A stretch of 64,000 nt of DNA, taken from Candidatus Danuiimicrobium aquiferis. GTDB lineage: Bacteria > Omnitrophota > Omnitrophia > Omnitrophales > Danuiimicrobiaceae. Numbering within the stretch: position 1 is the stretch's first letter; each line of letters opens with the position of its first letter. A model generated the notes under the pieces. It worked only from the letters and a program-made list of their open reading frames with translations, did not search any database and was not told the DNA's origin. Below are positions 52,366-60,568 of this stretch, in pieces. Position numbers and translations under genes: made by a program. The stretch lies in contig MHFR01000037.1 in NCBI GenBank assembly GCA_001804285.1, forward strand, positions 19,552 through 83,551. Direction: 5' to 3'.

Positions 52366-52881
52366 TTACTTAACAATAAACACTTCGTCCCCTGCTCTCA
52401 CCCGCTCTTTCACCTCAATGCCAACCTCTTCACCTTTTCGTCCGGTATCCACGGGAATCCGGCTGATTTGAAGAGACTGAATCTTTTGACGGAAATCCGT
52501 CGTCTCACCCTTAAACAATACAAAATCCCCGACAGAAAGCGGTTTCGCCAACTTCACCGCAGCAGCATTTACATTCGGGAAAAAATGAGTCACATCCGCA
52601 ACCTTTACCAATCGTTTTTGAATTCCAGCCGGCTTGACGGCTTTTGCCTTTTTGACACTGTGAGATTTAACTTTCGGTCGACTGTGCCGTTTCTTTTTGT
52701 TACGGACAATTTTCTTTTTCGATTTCCGTTTTGGTCTTGCTTCCGTTTTTCTTCTTTTCGGCTTACCTTTTTTTCGTTGTTTTCGCTTCGCAGGAAACCG
52801 TCCGCTTGTTTTAGACTGAATATCTTCGCCGGCCAGTAGCCGTTTAGAAAATTTGATAACTTTTTTTAGCAGTCCAAACAC
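52366..52881 (-). CDS. Lys/Arg-rich protein with C-terminal EF-Tu domain II-like beta barrel
   Basis: VTHFF....AAAV.L...L.VGD...G.TTDF.Q...S.QI...VR.GD.V; GTG 52881 chosen to avoid overlap with upstream gene. Confidence 0.75.
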   Translation of the reverse strand: MFGLLKKVIKFSKRLLAGEDIQSKTSGRFPAKRKQRKKGKPKRRKTEARPKRKSKKKIVRNKKKRHSRPKVKSHSVKKAKAVKPAGIQKRLVKVADVTHFFPNVNAAAVKLAKPLSVGDFVLFKGETTDFRQKIQSLQISRIPVDTGRKGEEVGIEVKERVRAGDEVFIVK

Positions 52882-52888
52882 TGAAAGC

Positions 52889-53266
52889 CTATTTTTTTGT
52901 CTTTTTTTGTTTAAAAAAAGAATCCACCCATTTGACTGACCATGAAAATATTGAGTCACCGCCTTTTTCAACTGTATGAACTGTTTTATCGGTTCCCTTC
53001 CCGATCAAGTTTGATGACTTCTCGGTCACATCAGCCGTATTGTCCTCAACCACCTTCAACGTCTTTTTAATCGCTGCGCGCTTTGCGGGCGACTCGGCAA
53101 CCGCCGCTGCTGGCGTTCCTGAAAATGTCGCTTCTTTTCGGTCTTCAACTTGGCGGATCGCAATATCTGGGTTTAAGTCTTTATTTTCATTGCCGGCAAG
53201 TAAAAAAAACGGCGAGACTATCAGGATTAACAAAAATAGGCCTGCAAAATAGATGATTCGCTTCAT
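52889..53266 (-). CDS. Hypothetical exported protein
   Basis: MKR plus hydrophobic signal peptide; GAGG SD. Confidence 0.7.
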   Translation of the reverse strand: MKRIIYFAGLFLLILIVSPFFLLAGNENKDLNPDIAIRQVEDRKEATFSGTPAAAVAESPAKRAAIKKTLKVVEDNTADVTEKSSNLIGKGTDKTVHTVEKGGDSIFSWSVKWVDSFFKQKKTKK

Positions 53267-53332
53267 AGTAACCTCGCTATTTATTCATCAGTAACAATGA
53301 CCAACACTGCGACACGGTAACACATATATTTT

Positions 53333-53393
53333 TGTCATTCCCGCGGAAGCGGGAATCTATAAACTATGGATGCCCGCTTTCGCGGGCATGACA
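53333..53393. repeat. REP-like inverted doublet (GTCATTCCCGC family), unmodified form
   Basis: TGTCATTCCCGCGGAAGCGGGAATCT...GGATGCCCGCTTTCGCGGGCATGACA. Confidence 0.9.
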
Positions 53394-53413
53394 GAAGTTC
53401 ATGTGCCCGAACG

Positions 53414-54913
53414 CTACTTCACAAATGTAATATTCGTATCTTCCCTGTGCATACTCGGATCGGCAAGAATATAAATCTTACTCTTCGAATTTTTTTCCAA
53501 CTCCTTGATCGACTGCTGTTCCTGATTTAAGAGCCGCTCCGCAACATCCGGATGAACATACGCATTAATCACTTTGTTGTGAGAATGATTAAGCGCTTTC
53601 TTGATTTCTTTAATCGTATGAATCGTCATCGTCGTCACTGACTTGACGCTTCCTTTTCCCGTGCAATAGGGACAAGAATCATACACGGCGCTCTCAAGTG
53701 ACGGGCGTATTCTCTGGCGCGTCATTTCCACAAGGCCAAGCTCGGACATCTGCAGAATATTCGTCTTTGCACGATCGCGCCTGACCGCATCCTTGAAAAG
53801 CCGGTAAAGATGCCTCCGGTGATCTTCTTCCTCCATATCAATAAAGTCAATAACGACAATTCCGCCCATGTCGCGCAACCGGACCTGTCTCGCAATTTCC
53901 GAAGCCGCTTCAAGATTGGTACGATAAACCGTTTCTTCCAAATCTTTGCTGCCGGTAAATTTTCCGGTGTTCACGTCGATAGCAACCAGGCCTTCTGTCT
54001 GTTCGATAATAATATGGCCCCCGGAGTGTAAATAAACTTTCTTGTGAAAAGTCCTCTCCACCTCTTTTTCAATGTGATATTTTTCATAAAGGGGAGCATC
54101 GCCCTTATACCAGTCAAATTTAACCTTCACTCCGGGAAGATAAATATTGAGAAAGCGCTTGACCTGATTATATAAATTTTTGTTATCGACAACGATTCGC
54201 TCGACTTCCTCATTATAGAAATCGCGGATAATACGCTCCACCAAATCGAGCTCGGAATGAATCAGGCACGGCGCCGTTTTATTTTGACATTCCGTTTTAA
54301 TTTTACTCCATACCCGGGTTAAATATTTAATGTCGCGCGCAAACTCCTTTTTCGTTTTCCCTTCCCCCGCCGTCCGGACAATAAAACCGATATCGCTCGG
54401 GCAACTCAATTCCTGAAAAATAGCCCGGATGCGGTCTCTCTCGGAGCGGGAATCAACACGCCTGGAAATGCCTAATTTATGATCCCCCGGCATTAAAACA
54501 AGATAACGCGCCGGAATGGCAAAGTGAGTCGTTAAACGCGGGCCTTTCGAGCGGATAGGTTCTTTGACAATCTGGACAATGACTTCCTGTCCGGGTTTTA
54601 GAAGATCTTCAATTCGCTGAAACTGCTTTCTCTCGCTTTTCTCTTCGTATTCAATATCTTCAAACGCAGAATCTAAACCAAGCGGGGACTCAAGCGCATC
54701 CGTAACATATAGGAAGCCATCCTTTTGCGTTCCCAAGTCGACAAACGCCGCCTGCATCCCGGGAATCACTGACTTCACGATTCCTTTGTAAATATTCCCA
54801 AACATTTTGTACGTGTCGGCCCGCTCGATAAAAAACTCTTCGAGCTTCCCATTTTCGAGAATCGCCACGCGTCTCTCGTTCACTTCTTCTGAAATTAAAA
54901 TATCTTTTTTCAT
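53414..54913 (-). CDS. rng: Rne/Rng family ribonuclease (RNase G-like length)
   Basis: GNIYKG...PGMQAAFVD S1 domain, IDVNTG, IDFIDM, CPYC.G.G; ATG 54913 (MKKDILI). Confidence 0.92.
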   Translation of the reverse strand: MKKDILISEEVNERRVAILENGKLEEFFIERADTYKMFGNIYKGIVKSVIPGMQAAFVDLGTQKDGFLYVTDALESPLGLDSAFEDIEYEEKSERKQFQRIEDLLKPGQEVIVQIVKEPIRSKGPRLTTHFAIPARYLVLMPGDHKLGISRRVDSRSERDRIRAIFQELSCPSDIGFIVRTAGEGKTKKEFARDIKYLTRVWSKIKTECQNKTAPCLIHSELDLVERIIRDFYNEEVERIVVDNKNLYNQVKRFLNIYLPGVKVKFDWYKGDAPLYEKYHIEKEVERTFHKKVYLHSGGHIIIEQTEGLVAIDVNTGKFTGSKDLEETVYRTNLEAASEIARQVRLRDMGGIVVIDFIDMEEEDHRRHLYRLFKDAVRRDRAKTNILQMSELGLVEMTRQRIRPSLESAVYDSCPYCTGKGSVKSVTTMTIHTIKEIKKALNHSHNKVINAYVHPDVAERLLNQEQQSIKELEKNSKSKIYILADPSMHREDTNITFVK

Positions 54914-55372
54914 GATTATCAACCACTCTTTCTGTAATTCCGTGTAATTCCCCGCATCCGCCGGAGCAGTCGCAATCCTGAGATTCATCCAGCCATGGAA
55001 TTGAATCTTTACCGGAATCAATATTCAAAATGTCAAAATTGAACAGGCCTATTATCAAGGCCTGCAAAGATCGCCACGAAGTTTCACGCTTCTGTGACGT
55101 TGTGTGGCAAGAGAATAAACAATGCGGCATCGAATTCGTCAATAGAACACGAAAGATGTCTCTGGCTATGGAATGGACACTTTGAATAATTGATTGGACC
55201 TGCTCGCAAAGGCGAGTAAATACAATGCTAATAAATAGTTTAAACTTTAAAATTTTTTCACCTAAAATGCTTGCGAATCCGCTTAAATCAACGTCAATTA
55301 TGTGCGAATTCAAAAAACTAATCTTGTCAAAAACCTTCAAAATCATAAATAAAAAACCATTTTGCGTTTCTC

Positions 55373-55481
55373 TGTCATTCCCGCAATCTTCCCTCGGTAA
55401 ATCGAGGGCCGGCCCTGTATTTCCAGGGTAGGCGGGAATCTCTGAATCGTAGATGCCCGACATAAGCATTCGGGCATGACA
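55373..55481. repeat. REP-like doublet with 44-nt double-hairpin cassette in first loop
   Basis: TGTCATTCCCGCAAT[CTTCCCTCG..CGAGGG CCGG CCCTG..CAGGGTAG]GCGGGAATCT..AGATGCCCGA..TCGGGCATGACA. Confidence 0.88.
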
Positions 55482-55565
55482 CAATACAATCTGTCGTAAC
55501 TTATACCCATTACAAAAACCAGTCAAATTAAGTATTTTAAGATAATATCGAACTCTGACAGCTGT

Positions 55566-55574
55566 ATTATACCA
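55566..55574 (-). promoter_or_regulatory. Extended -10 element pointing toward rng
   Basis: Minus strand TGGTATAAT (TGnTATAAT) just downstream of pilQ stop; no good -35. Confidence 0.5.
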
Positions 55575-55586
55575 TACTTTCACAAC

Positions 55587-57140
55587 TTATACGACAGCCG
55601 TTTTCCCCGGAACTTTAGGTGCTTGCAACACAACCGGTTCGCCGGCTGTATCAACAACATTCACGGTAACAAAAAACAAGGTTTCCTGTTTAGCGTTTGT
55701 GTCTCCAGACGCCTTGCGTTTTGAACGAAATGCCTTACCCAATATAGGAATATCGCCTAACACCGGAACTTTTGTGTAACTCTCAGAACCCTTATCTGTC
55801 ATCAGCCCGCCGACTGCAATCGTTTCGCCGCTTTTTATCATCACTTGCGTGTGAGCCGACTCCACGTTGAACGTTGGAAATTGATCAAACGAAGTTGACG
55901 CACTAGCCCCTGAGCTAAAAGAGACAAGACTTCCTTGTGAACTAACCTCCGGCTTTAAATCTACCAAAATCTCATCCGCATTATTAATGTGAGGAGTCAC
56001 CTCCAGCACAACGCCTGTCTCGCGATAGGAAAAACCAGAGACTTCAAAACTTCCGGATGTCTCATTACGTTCAAGTGTCGGAATCGGTACATCGACACCA
56101 ACTTTTACTTTTGCTGTTTGATGATTTAAAACAGTAATCCGCGGATTTGAAATAATTTTAGTATTAGCGCGGCTTCTTAAAAAATTGAGCGTCGCCTGAA
56201 AAGCCGTGAAATCCAAAGCACCAAATGTAAACGATGTCGTTCCTGCAGAGGCTGCCGGAATCGTAGGGAAACCGCGCAAATTATCCGAATTGGGAGTTAC
56301 AGTAGCAGCAGAAACCTCTGTACCGACGTTCGAAGCCAAAGTGGGGAAAACAGGTTTAAAGAATTCTTCGAGAAAAAAATTCTTATCATTCGCAAACGGA
56401 AATGTCGATGGCCTTTTCGACCCCGAAATAGTTGCTCCAGGTGACCACTGAATTCCCAGGTTTTCTCCTTCCTGCATTGCTGTTTTTACAATCTTCGCAT
56501 CAATATACGCTTGCGGCGTATTCTTATCTAATTTTCTAACCACCTCTGTGATTTTGGTGATATTGGTCGGAATATCCGTCACAATCAGCATATTGGTACG
56601 TGCAACCGATTTTACCCGGCCACGCTCCGACAGCACATCCTTAATCGCTTCTTCGGCTTCCTGGCACGTCGTGTAATTCAAAATAAAAGTTTCCGTGATC
56701 AATTCCTCGGTCGTCAGACTCTCTTTGGTCGTCACGCGAATAATATTGCCGTCACGCTCGTAAACATATCCATAGGTTCTTAATACAATATCAAGCGCCT
56801 TATCCCACGGAACATCTTCAAGCCGGATCGTAACGGTTCCCTGGACTTCCGGCCCGGAAACGACATTGATATTACTCTTGAGTGCAATAATACGAAGCAC
56901 GTTATTGATATCCGCATCTTTAAAATCCAAACTGACATTTCCGGAAGCTTCAGAAATTTCAACATGGTCTTCTGAAACAGCCATCTCATCAGCAACAACA
57001 TTGTACTCGGTCACTTGAGCGGGGTCTTTCGCTGTTTCTTGCTTCACTTCTGGACTTGTCTCCTGTTTTGCTTCTTGAGCAAAAGCATCGTGCGCCATAA
57101 ATATAAATATGATGCTAAGAAAAACAATTATCTTTTTCAT
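55587..57140 (-). CDS. pilQ: Secretin (PilQ-like, short, no AMIN domains evident)
   Basis: Signal peptide from ATG 57140, SLDFKDADI, L.DVPW..ALD, TGVVLEVTPHI, KVPVLGDIPILG..FRS. Confidence 0.88.
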   Translation of the reverse strand: MKKIIVFLSIIFIFMAHDAFAQEAKQETSPEVKQETAKDPAQVTEYNVVADEMAVSEDHVEISEASGNVSLDFKDADINNVLRIIALKSNINVVSGPEVQGTVTIRLEDVPWDKALDIVLRTYGYVYERDGNIIRVTTKESLTTEELITETFILNYTTCQEAEEAIKDVLSERGRVKSVARTNMLIVTDIPTNITKITEVVRKLDKNTPQAYIDAKIVKTAMQEGENLGIQWSPGATISGSKRPSTFPFANDKNFFLEEFFKPVFPTLASNVGTEVSAATVTPNSDNLRGFPTIPAASAGTTSFTFGALDFTAFQATLNFLRSRANTKIISNPRITVLNHQTAKVKVGVDVPIPTLERNETSGSFEVSGFSYRETGVVLEVTPHINNADEILVDLKPEVSSQGSLVSFSSGASASTSFDQFPTFNVESAHTQVMIKSGETIAVGGLMTDKGSESYTKVPVLGDIPILGKAFRSKRKASGDTNAKQETLFFVTVNVVDTAGEPVVLQAPKVPGKTAVV

Positions 57141-57205
57141 TATTTTATTTCCTGTTTTACTCAAACTGACCGTTTTTTTAATAAGTGGGACATCACATCT
57201 TAATA

Positions 57206-57244
57206 TTCTGTCATTCCCGCCTGAAGCTTGCGGGAATGACAGAA
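57206..57244. repeat. REP-like single palindrome with 15-bp perfect stem
   Basis: TTCTGTCATTCCCGC-CTGAAGCTT-GCGGGAATGACAGAA. Confidence 0.9.
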
Positions 57245-57264
57245 ATTCGCAGAACTCAATTCCT

Positions 57265-57939
57265 TTATTTAGCTTCTTTTCCGTCATTCAATACTTTTTG
57301 TCTGGTCATCTCCGCCAAACCTTCCAATCCGGAAACTTTTTTCTCCTTCTTATTTTCGGCTTTTGGCACGGGTTCTTTATTGCTTATTTTTTTCGCTTTG
57401 GTCGATTGTTTTGCAAGCATCTCTTTCAGCATTTCTTCTTCTTGATTAATCACCATCTCAAACATTTCGCCGTTGTCTTTTATAAATACGATGACATCTT
57501 TCTTAATGTCTTTAATCCGAACTCCGTCGAATTCTTCACCGATTCTGCGAGGTTCCCCGTTGATCAATGCATAGGATCCATTTTTTTTCGGATCTATAAT
57601 CACGCCCTCAATGTGAATATTGGTCATCCCCAATTTGGCTCCTTCTTTGACTGCCATTCCCGCTGGCAGAAATGGATCGCGTTTCCCTTCGCTTTGGTAA
57701 ATAAAATCCCCGGCAGATATAACCACGGGGGAAAAGCATCCAAAAATTACGAAGGAAAATAAAAATGGATAGATCATTTTAGACCAATACTGAGACGTGT
57801 TTTTAGTGCTTCGCTCAATAAATTCGAATCGATTTTCATCCCCCTCACCCTCCACGTTGAATTTACCCTCTCCCTCAGGGAGAGGGTGGGGTGAGGGTAA
57901 TTCCGGTACTGATTTACTGAATAGCTTACTCCGTTTCAT
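57265..57939 (-). CDS. PilP-like pilus assembly protein
   Basis: GKRDPF motif, GVI.......ALING...IGE; between pilO and pilQ; alternative start ATG 57777. Confidence 0.7.
   Translation of the reverse strand: MKRSKLFSKSVPELPSPHPLPEGEGKFNVEGEGDENRFEFIERSTKNTSQYWSKMIYPFLFSFVIFGCFSPVVISAGDFIYQSEGKRDPFLPAGMAVKEGAKLGMTNIHIEGVIIDPKKNGSYALINGEPRRIGEEFDGVRIKDIKKDVIVFIKDNGEMFEMVINQEEEMLKEMLAKQSTKAKKISNKEPVPKAENKKEKKVSGLEGLAEMTRQKVLNDGKEAK
57842..57897. repeat. CCCTCACCC/CCCTCTCCC palindrome inside pilP-like reading frame
   Basis: CCCTCACCC-(insert)-ACCCTCTCCC-TCA-GGGAGAGGGTGGGGTGAGGG; same family as 50240. Confidence 0.85.
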
Positions 57940-58544
57940 TTTCCCACCCGCTCAATAAGTGCCGCTAATACAAAATTAGACTGAAGGATCCCCGAACGAG
58001 CATCTTTGCCTTTCAAATAAAAATTCGGAATGATAAAACTTTTGCCGTAACGCTCCAGCCCGTTAAAAAACGATCCGATTTGGTGATAACTCCCTTCGAT
58101 GCTCAAATCGTAAGAAACGGCTGTATAGAGTTTGTCAAACGGCGCCTCCAACTTCAACTCGAGATTACTCGGCCTTGACGCCGTGATCCGGATTCCGGCT
58201 TTTTGAGCCGTCGATGAAATAATTTCAATCAACTGATCGATTTCACCCATTTTAAAGAATTTCTGCCGGACTATTTCTGCGCGTTTGCTTAAAAATTCTT
58301 TTTCTTTTTTCATTGCCGGAATTTTTGAAATTCGAACCGTTGCATCACGAACATGAGACTGCAACTCTCTCACCTCGCCGATCATTTTTTGATTCGTGAT
58401 AAAAACGGGAACAACCCCCACAAAAACAATGATCAATAAGATGGCCCCAAAAATGGAATTTTGGATCAGCATTCGCCGATCCAACTTAGCCAACCACTCG
58501 CGAACTTTTTTGATGGATATTTGTTCTTTTGCTACTTTTGCCAC
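57936..58544 (-). CDS. pilO: Type IV pilus assembly protein PilO
   Basis: Single TM, coiled coil, I.GSYHQIG.FF..LE motif; synteny. Confidence 0.85.
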   Translation of the reverse strand: MAKVAKEQISIKKVREWLAKLDRRMLIQNSIFGAILLIIVFVGVVPVFITNQKMIGEVRELQSHVRDATVRISKIPAMKKEKEFLSKRAEIVRQKFFKMGEIDQLIEIISSTAQKAGIRITASRPSNLELKLEAPFDKLYTAVSYDLSIEGSYHQIGSFFNGLERYGKSFIIPNFYLKGKDARSGILQSNFVLAALIERVGK

Positions 58545-59164
58545 GTGGATCCCTCTTCGGAATTTACCGTAATCGCAAATTGTGTCTGATTTTCGCCGCG
58601 AACACCTTCAGCAGCGCTGCTCGTCGTCACCGAAGCCTTAAACACCTTCTTCTCTTTAGAATCAACCGGATTCGCCGACGCTGAAAGCTCTTCTGCTTTT
58701 TCTTTCAAATTATTTGCAAATTTTTGAATCTCTACGAGTTTCGAAGCCGCTTGGGAAACTTCGGAAAAACCATTCATCACCACTTGTATTTTACCGCGCT
58801 GCCCCTCGTATTTTAGATCCACCAACCGCACACTGTCCGGAATTAGCTCACTAATAAACCCGAAAATCATCCCCACTTCAATGGGCGGATCGACAACCGT
58901 ATCATAAAAATTCACTTCTTGTTTAAGCCCCATACTCAATTCACGCTGAAGCTGCTCTGCTTCTTTATTTTGAATTTTTAACCTTTCCCATTGCGTTTTC
59001 AAGCTGCGTAGTTCCTGGCTTTTATTCACAAAAACATATAAATTGATTAAAGATACCCCAATAAAAATAATGAACAAACCGATGGCAATCGGAAGAACCG
59101 GGATTTTCGTCTGCTTGACGACCCTGGGCCGTAATTCGATCGGTAATAGATTAATAAGAATCAT
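58532..59164 (-). CDS. pilN: Type IV pilus assembly protein PilN
   Basis: N-terminal INLLP motif from ATG 59164 (ATGA overlap with pilM stop), TM, coiled coil, IPDSV.L. Confidence 0.87.
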   Translation of the reverse strand: MILINLLPIELRPRVVKQTKIPVLPIAIGLFIIFIGVSLINLYVFVNKSQELRSLKTQWERLKIQNKEAEQLQRELSMGLKQEVNFYDTVVDPPIEVGMIFGFISELIPDSVRLVDLKYEGQRGKIQVVMNGFSEVSQAASKLVEIQKFANNLKEKAEELSASANPVDSKEKKVFKASVTTSSAAEGVRGENQTQFAITVNSEEGSTWQK

Positions 59165-60279
59165 TTGAGTCGAATCGCTAATCCGATACTGACCGGTAAA
59201 TATGGAATGAGAGGTTTTAACAGTTCCGATTTTAACGACGGATCCAGCTTCAACCTTTGTGTTGGGTCCCACTTTTGGACCGGAATTTCAAGCCGTTTTT
59301 GTAAAAGCTCCGGCAGCATCCCCGTCTGTGAATACCCCCCCGAGATAAAAAGAGATTCGATCGGCGGTGCATTTTCACGCTGATTGAAATAATAATTGAT
59401 CGAAAGTTTTAATTCGTGAAACACACGTTCAAGGCTCTCTTGAATCGCCTCTTGATATTCCGGTTTTGTCGCGTCGTTTGAATACTGAATCTGCGCAGCC
59501 TCTCCATCCGTTATGTTTAATTTCCGTTTAATACTGGCGATTGCGTCACTTCCGCCAAATGCAATATCACGGGAAAACACCAGCATCCCTTTGTCCCGAA
59601 TCATAAAAGTCGTATCTCGCCCCCCAAAGTCCACCACGCCGACCACTTTTTCGCTCATTTCCGGCATCCCTAATTCAAATGCGTTTGAGCATGCAAGCGT
59701 ATCCACATCAATCGCGTTGATTTCGAGGCCCGCAAATTGTGCAAGCTGAATTAATTTTTGGACCTCGGTCTTGCGGGCTGCGACCAAAATGACCGGCATC
59801 GTTGTCCCGGATTTACCGGGCTCGTTATCTTTCTCGTTAATATGAAAATCCAGCATCACATCTGAAAGATTGAAAGGAAGATATTTTTCCGCTTCAAATT
59901 GAAGAGCACTTTCAAAATCCGAACGGTTCATGCGAGGAAAACGCAAGAACCGAATGACAATCCCCTGCCCTTTCAGCGAAAGATTGACTTTCTTCGACTG
60001 AAAACCCGCTTCCTGCAAAAACGTCTTGAGCTGCTGCCCAACGGACCCTTCCGTTAACTCTTTCCGGTAGCATTTCTCAAGAACGAGTTCGCTTCCGCCA
60101 TGAAGCATTTCTGCAGCGATAATACTCGATCGGCCAATATTTAATCCAATCCGGCGCGTAATCTCGACTGTTTGTTTTTTTTGTCCGGATGAGAATTTCA
60201 TCTTATCTTTAAGCGAGCTGAAAAATTTAACAACTTCTTGCGTCGGCAATTGCTTTAACATAACAATACCCGTTTTCAT
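59161..60279 (-). CDS. pilM: Type IV pilus assembly protein PilM
   Basis: IGL(N)IG, EAEKYLPF...DV.LDF, LVAA.K, DFGG..T, RDI.FGG, GLA.R. Confidence 0.9.
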   Translation of the reverse strand: MKTGIVMLKQLPTQEVVKFFSSLKDKMKFSSGQKKQTVEITRRIGLNIGRSSIIAAEMLHGGSELVLEKCYRKELTEGSVGQQLKTFLQEAGFQSKKVNLSLKGQGIVIRFLRFPRMNRSDFESALQFEAEKYLPFNLSDVMLDFHINEKDNEPGKSGTTMPVILVAARKTEVQKLIQLAQFAGLEINAIDVDTLACSNAFELGMPEMSEKVVGVVDFGGRDTTFMIRDKGMLVFSRDIAFGGSDAIASIKRKLNITDGEAAQIQYSNDATKPEYQEAIQESLERVFHELKLSINYYFNQRENAPPIESLFISGGYSQTGMLPELLQKRLEIPVQKWDPTQRLKLDPSLKSELLKPLIPYLPVSIGLAIRLK

Positions 60280-60358
60280 TTAGCTTACTCTTCAATTATT
60301 TACTTAGGTTCTGAAAATTTTAAGGCGTCATAATCACAACTCTTTGATAGGAATGAGC

Positions 60359-60508
60359 TGTCATCCCCGAATGCCTTCCCGCGGAACAGAGCGGGCCGGC
60401 CCAATTTTCCCTGGGTGTCGGGGACCCATATTTTTTCTGGATTCCCGCTTACCCCTGAAAAGCTGGGGCCGGCCCTTTCTTTCCCAAGGGAAGCCTGCGG
60501 GAATAACA
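60359..60508. repeat. REP-like doublet with a double-hairpin cassette in each loop, in opposite orientations
   Basis: TGTCATCCCCGA..[60375-60417]..TCGGGGACCCA...TGGATTCCCGC[60449-60493]..GCGGGAATAACA. Confidence 0.88.
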
Positions 60509-60568
60509 GAAAACGCAGAACTTAAATTATTATACTATCTTTATGAACGTCCAAAACAGGTTTTATGT

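Noticed and set aside
55521-55556. Second dif-like site
   Set aside because: Only a partial XerD-like arm (TTATCTTAAAA on the minus strand) with no matching XerC arm at 6-bp spacing
57141-57287. N-terminal extension of PilQ through the REP
   Set aside because: Signal peptide and AGGA SD support ATG 57140
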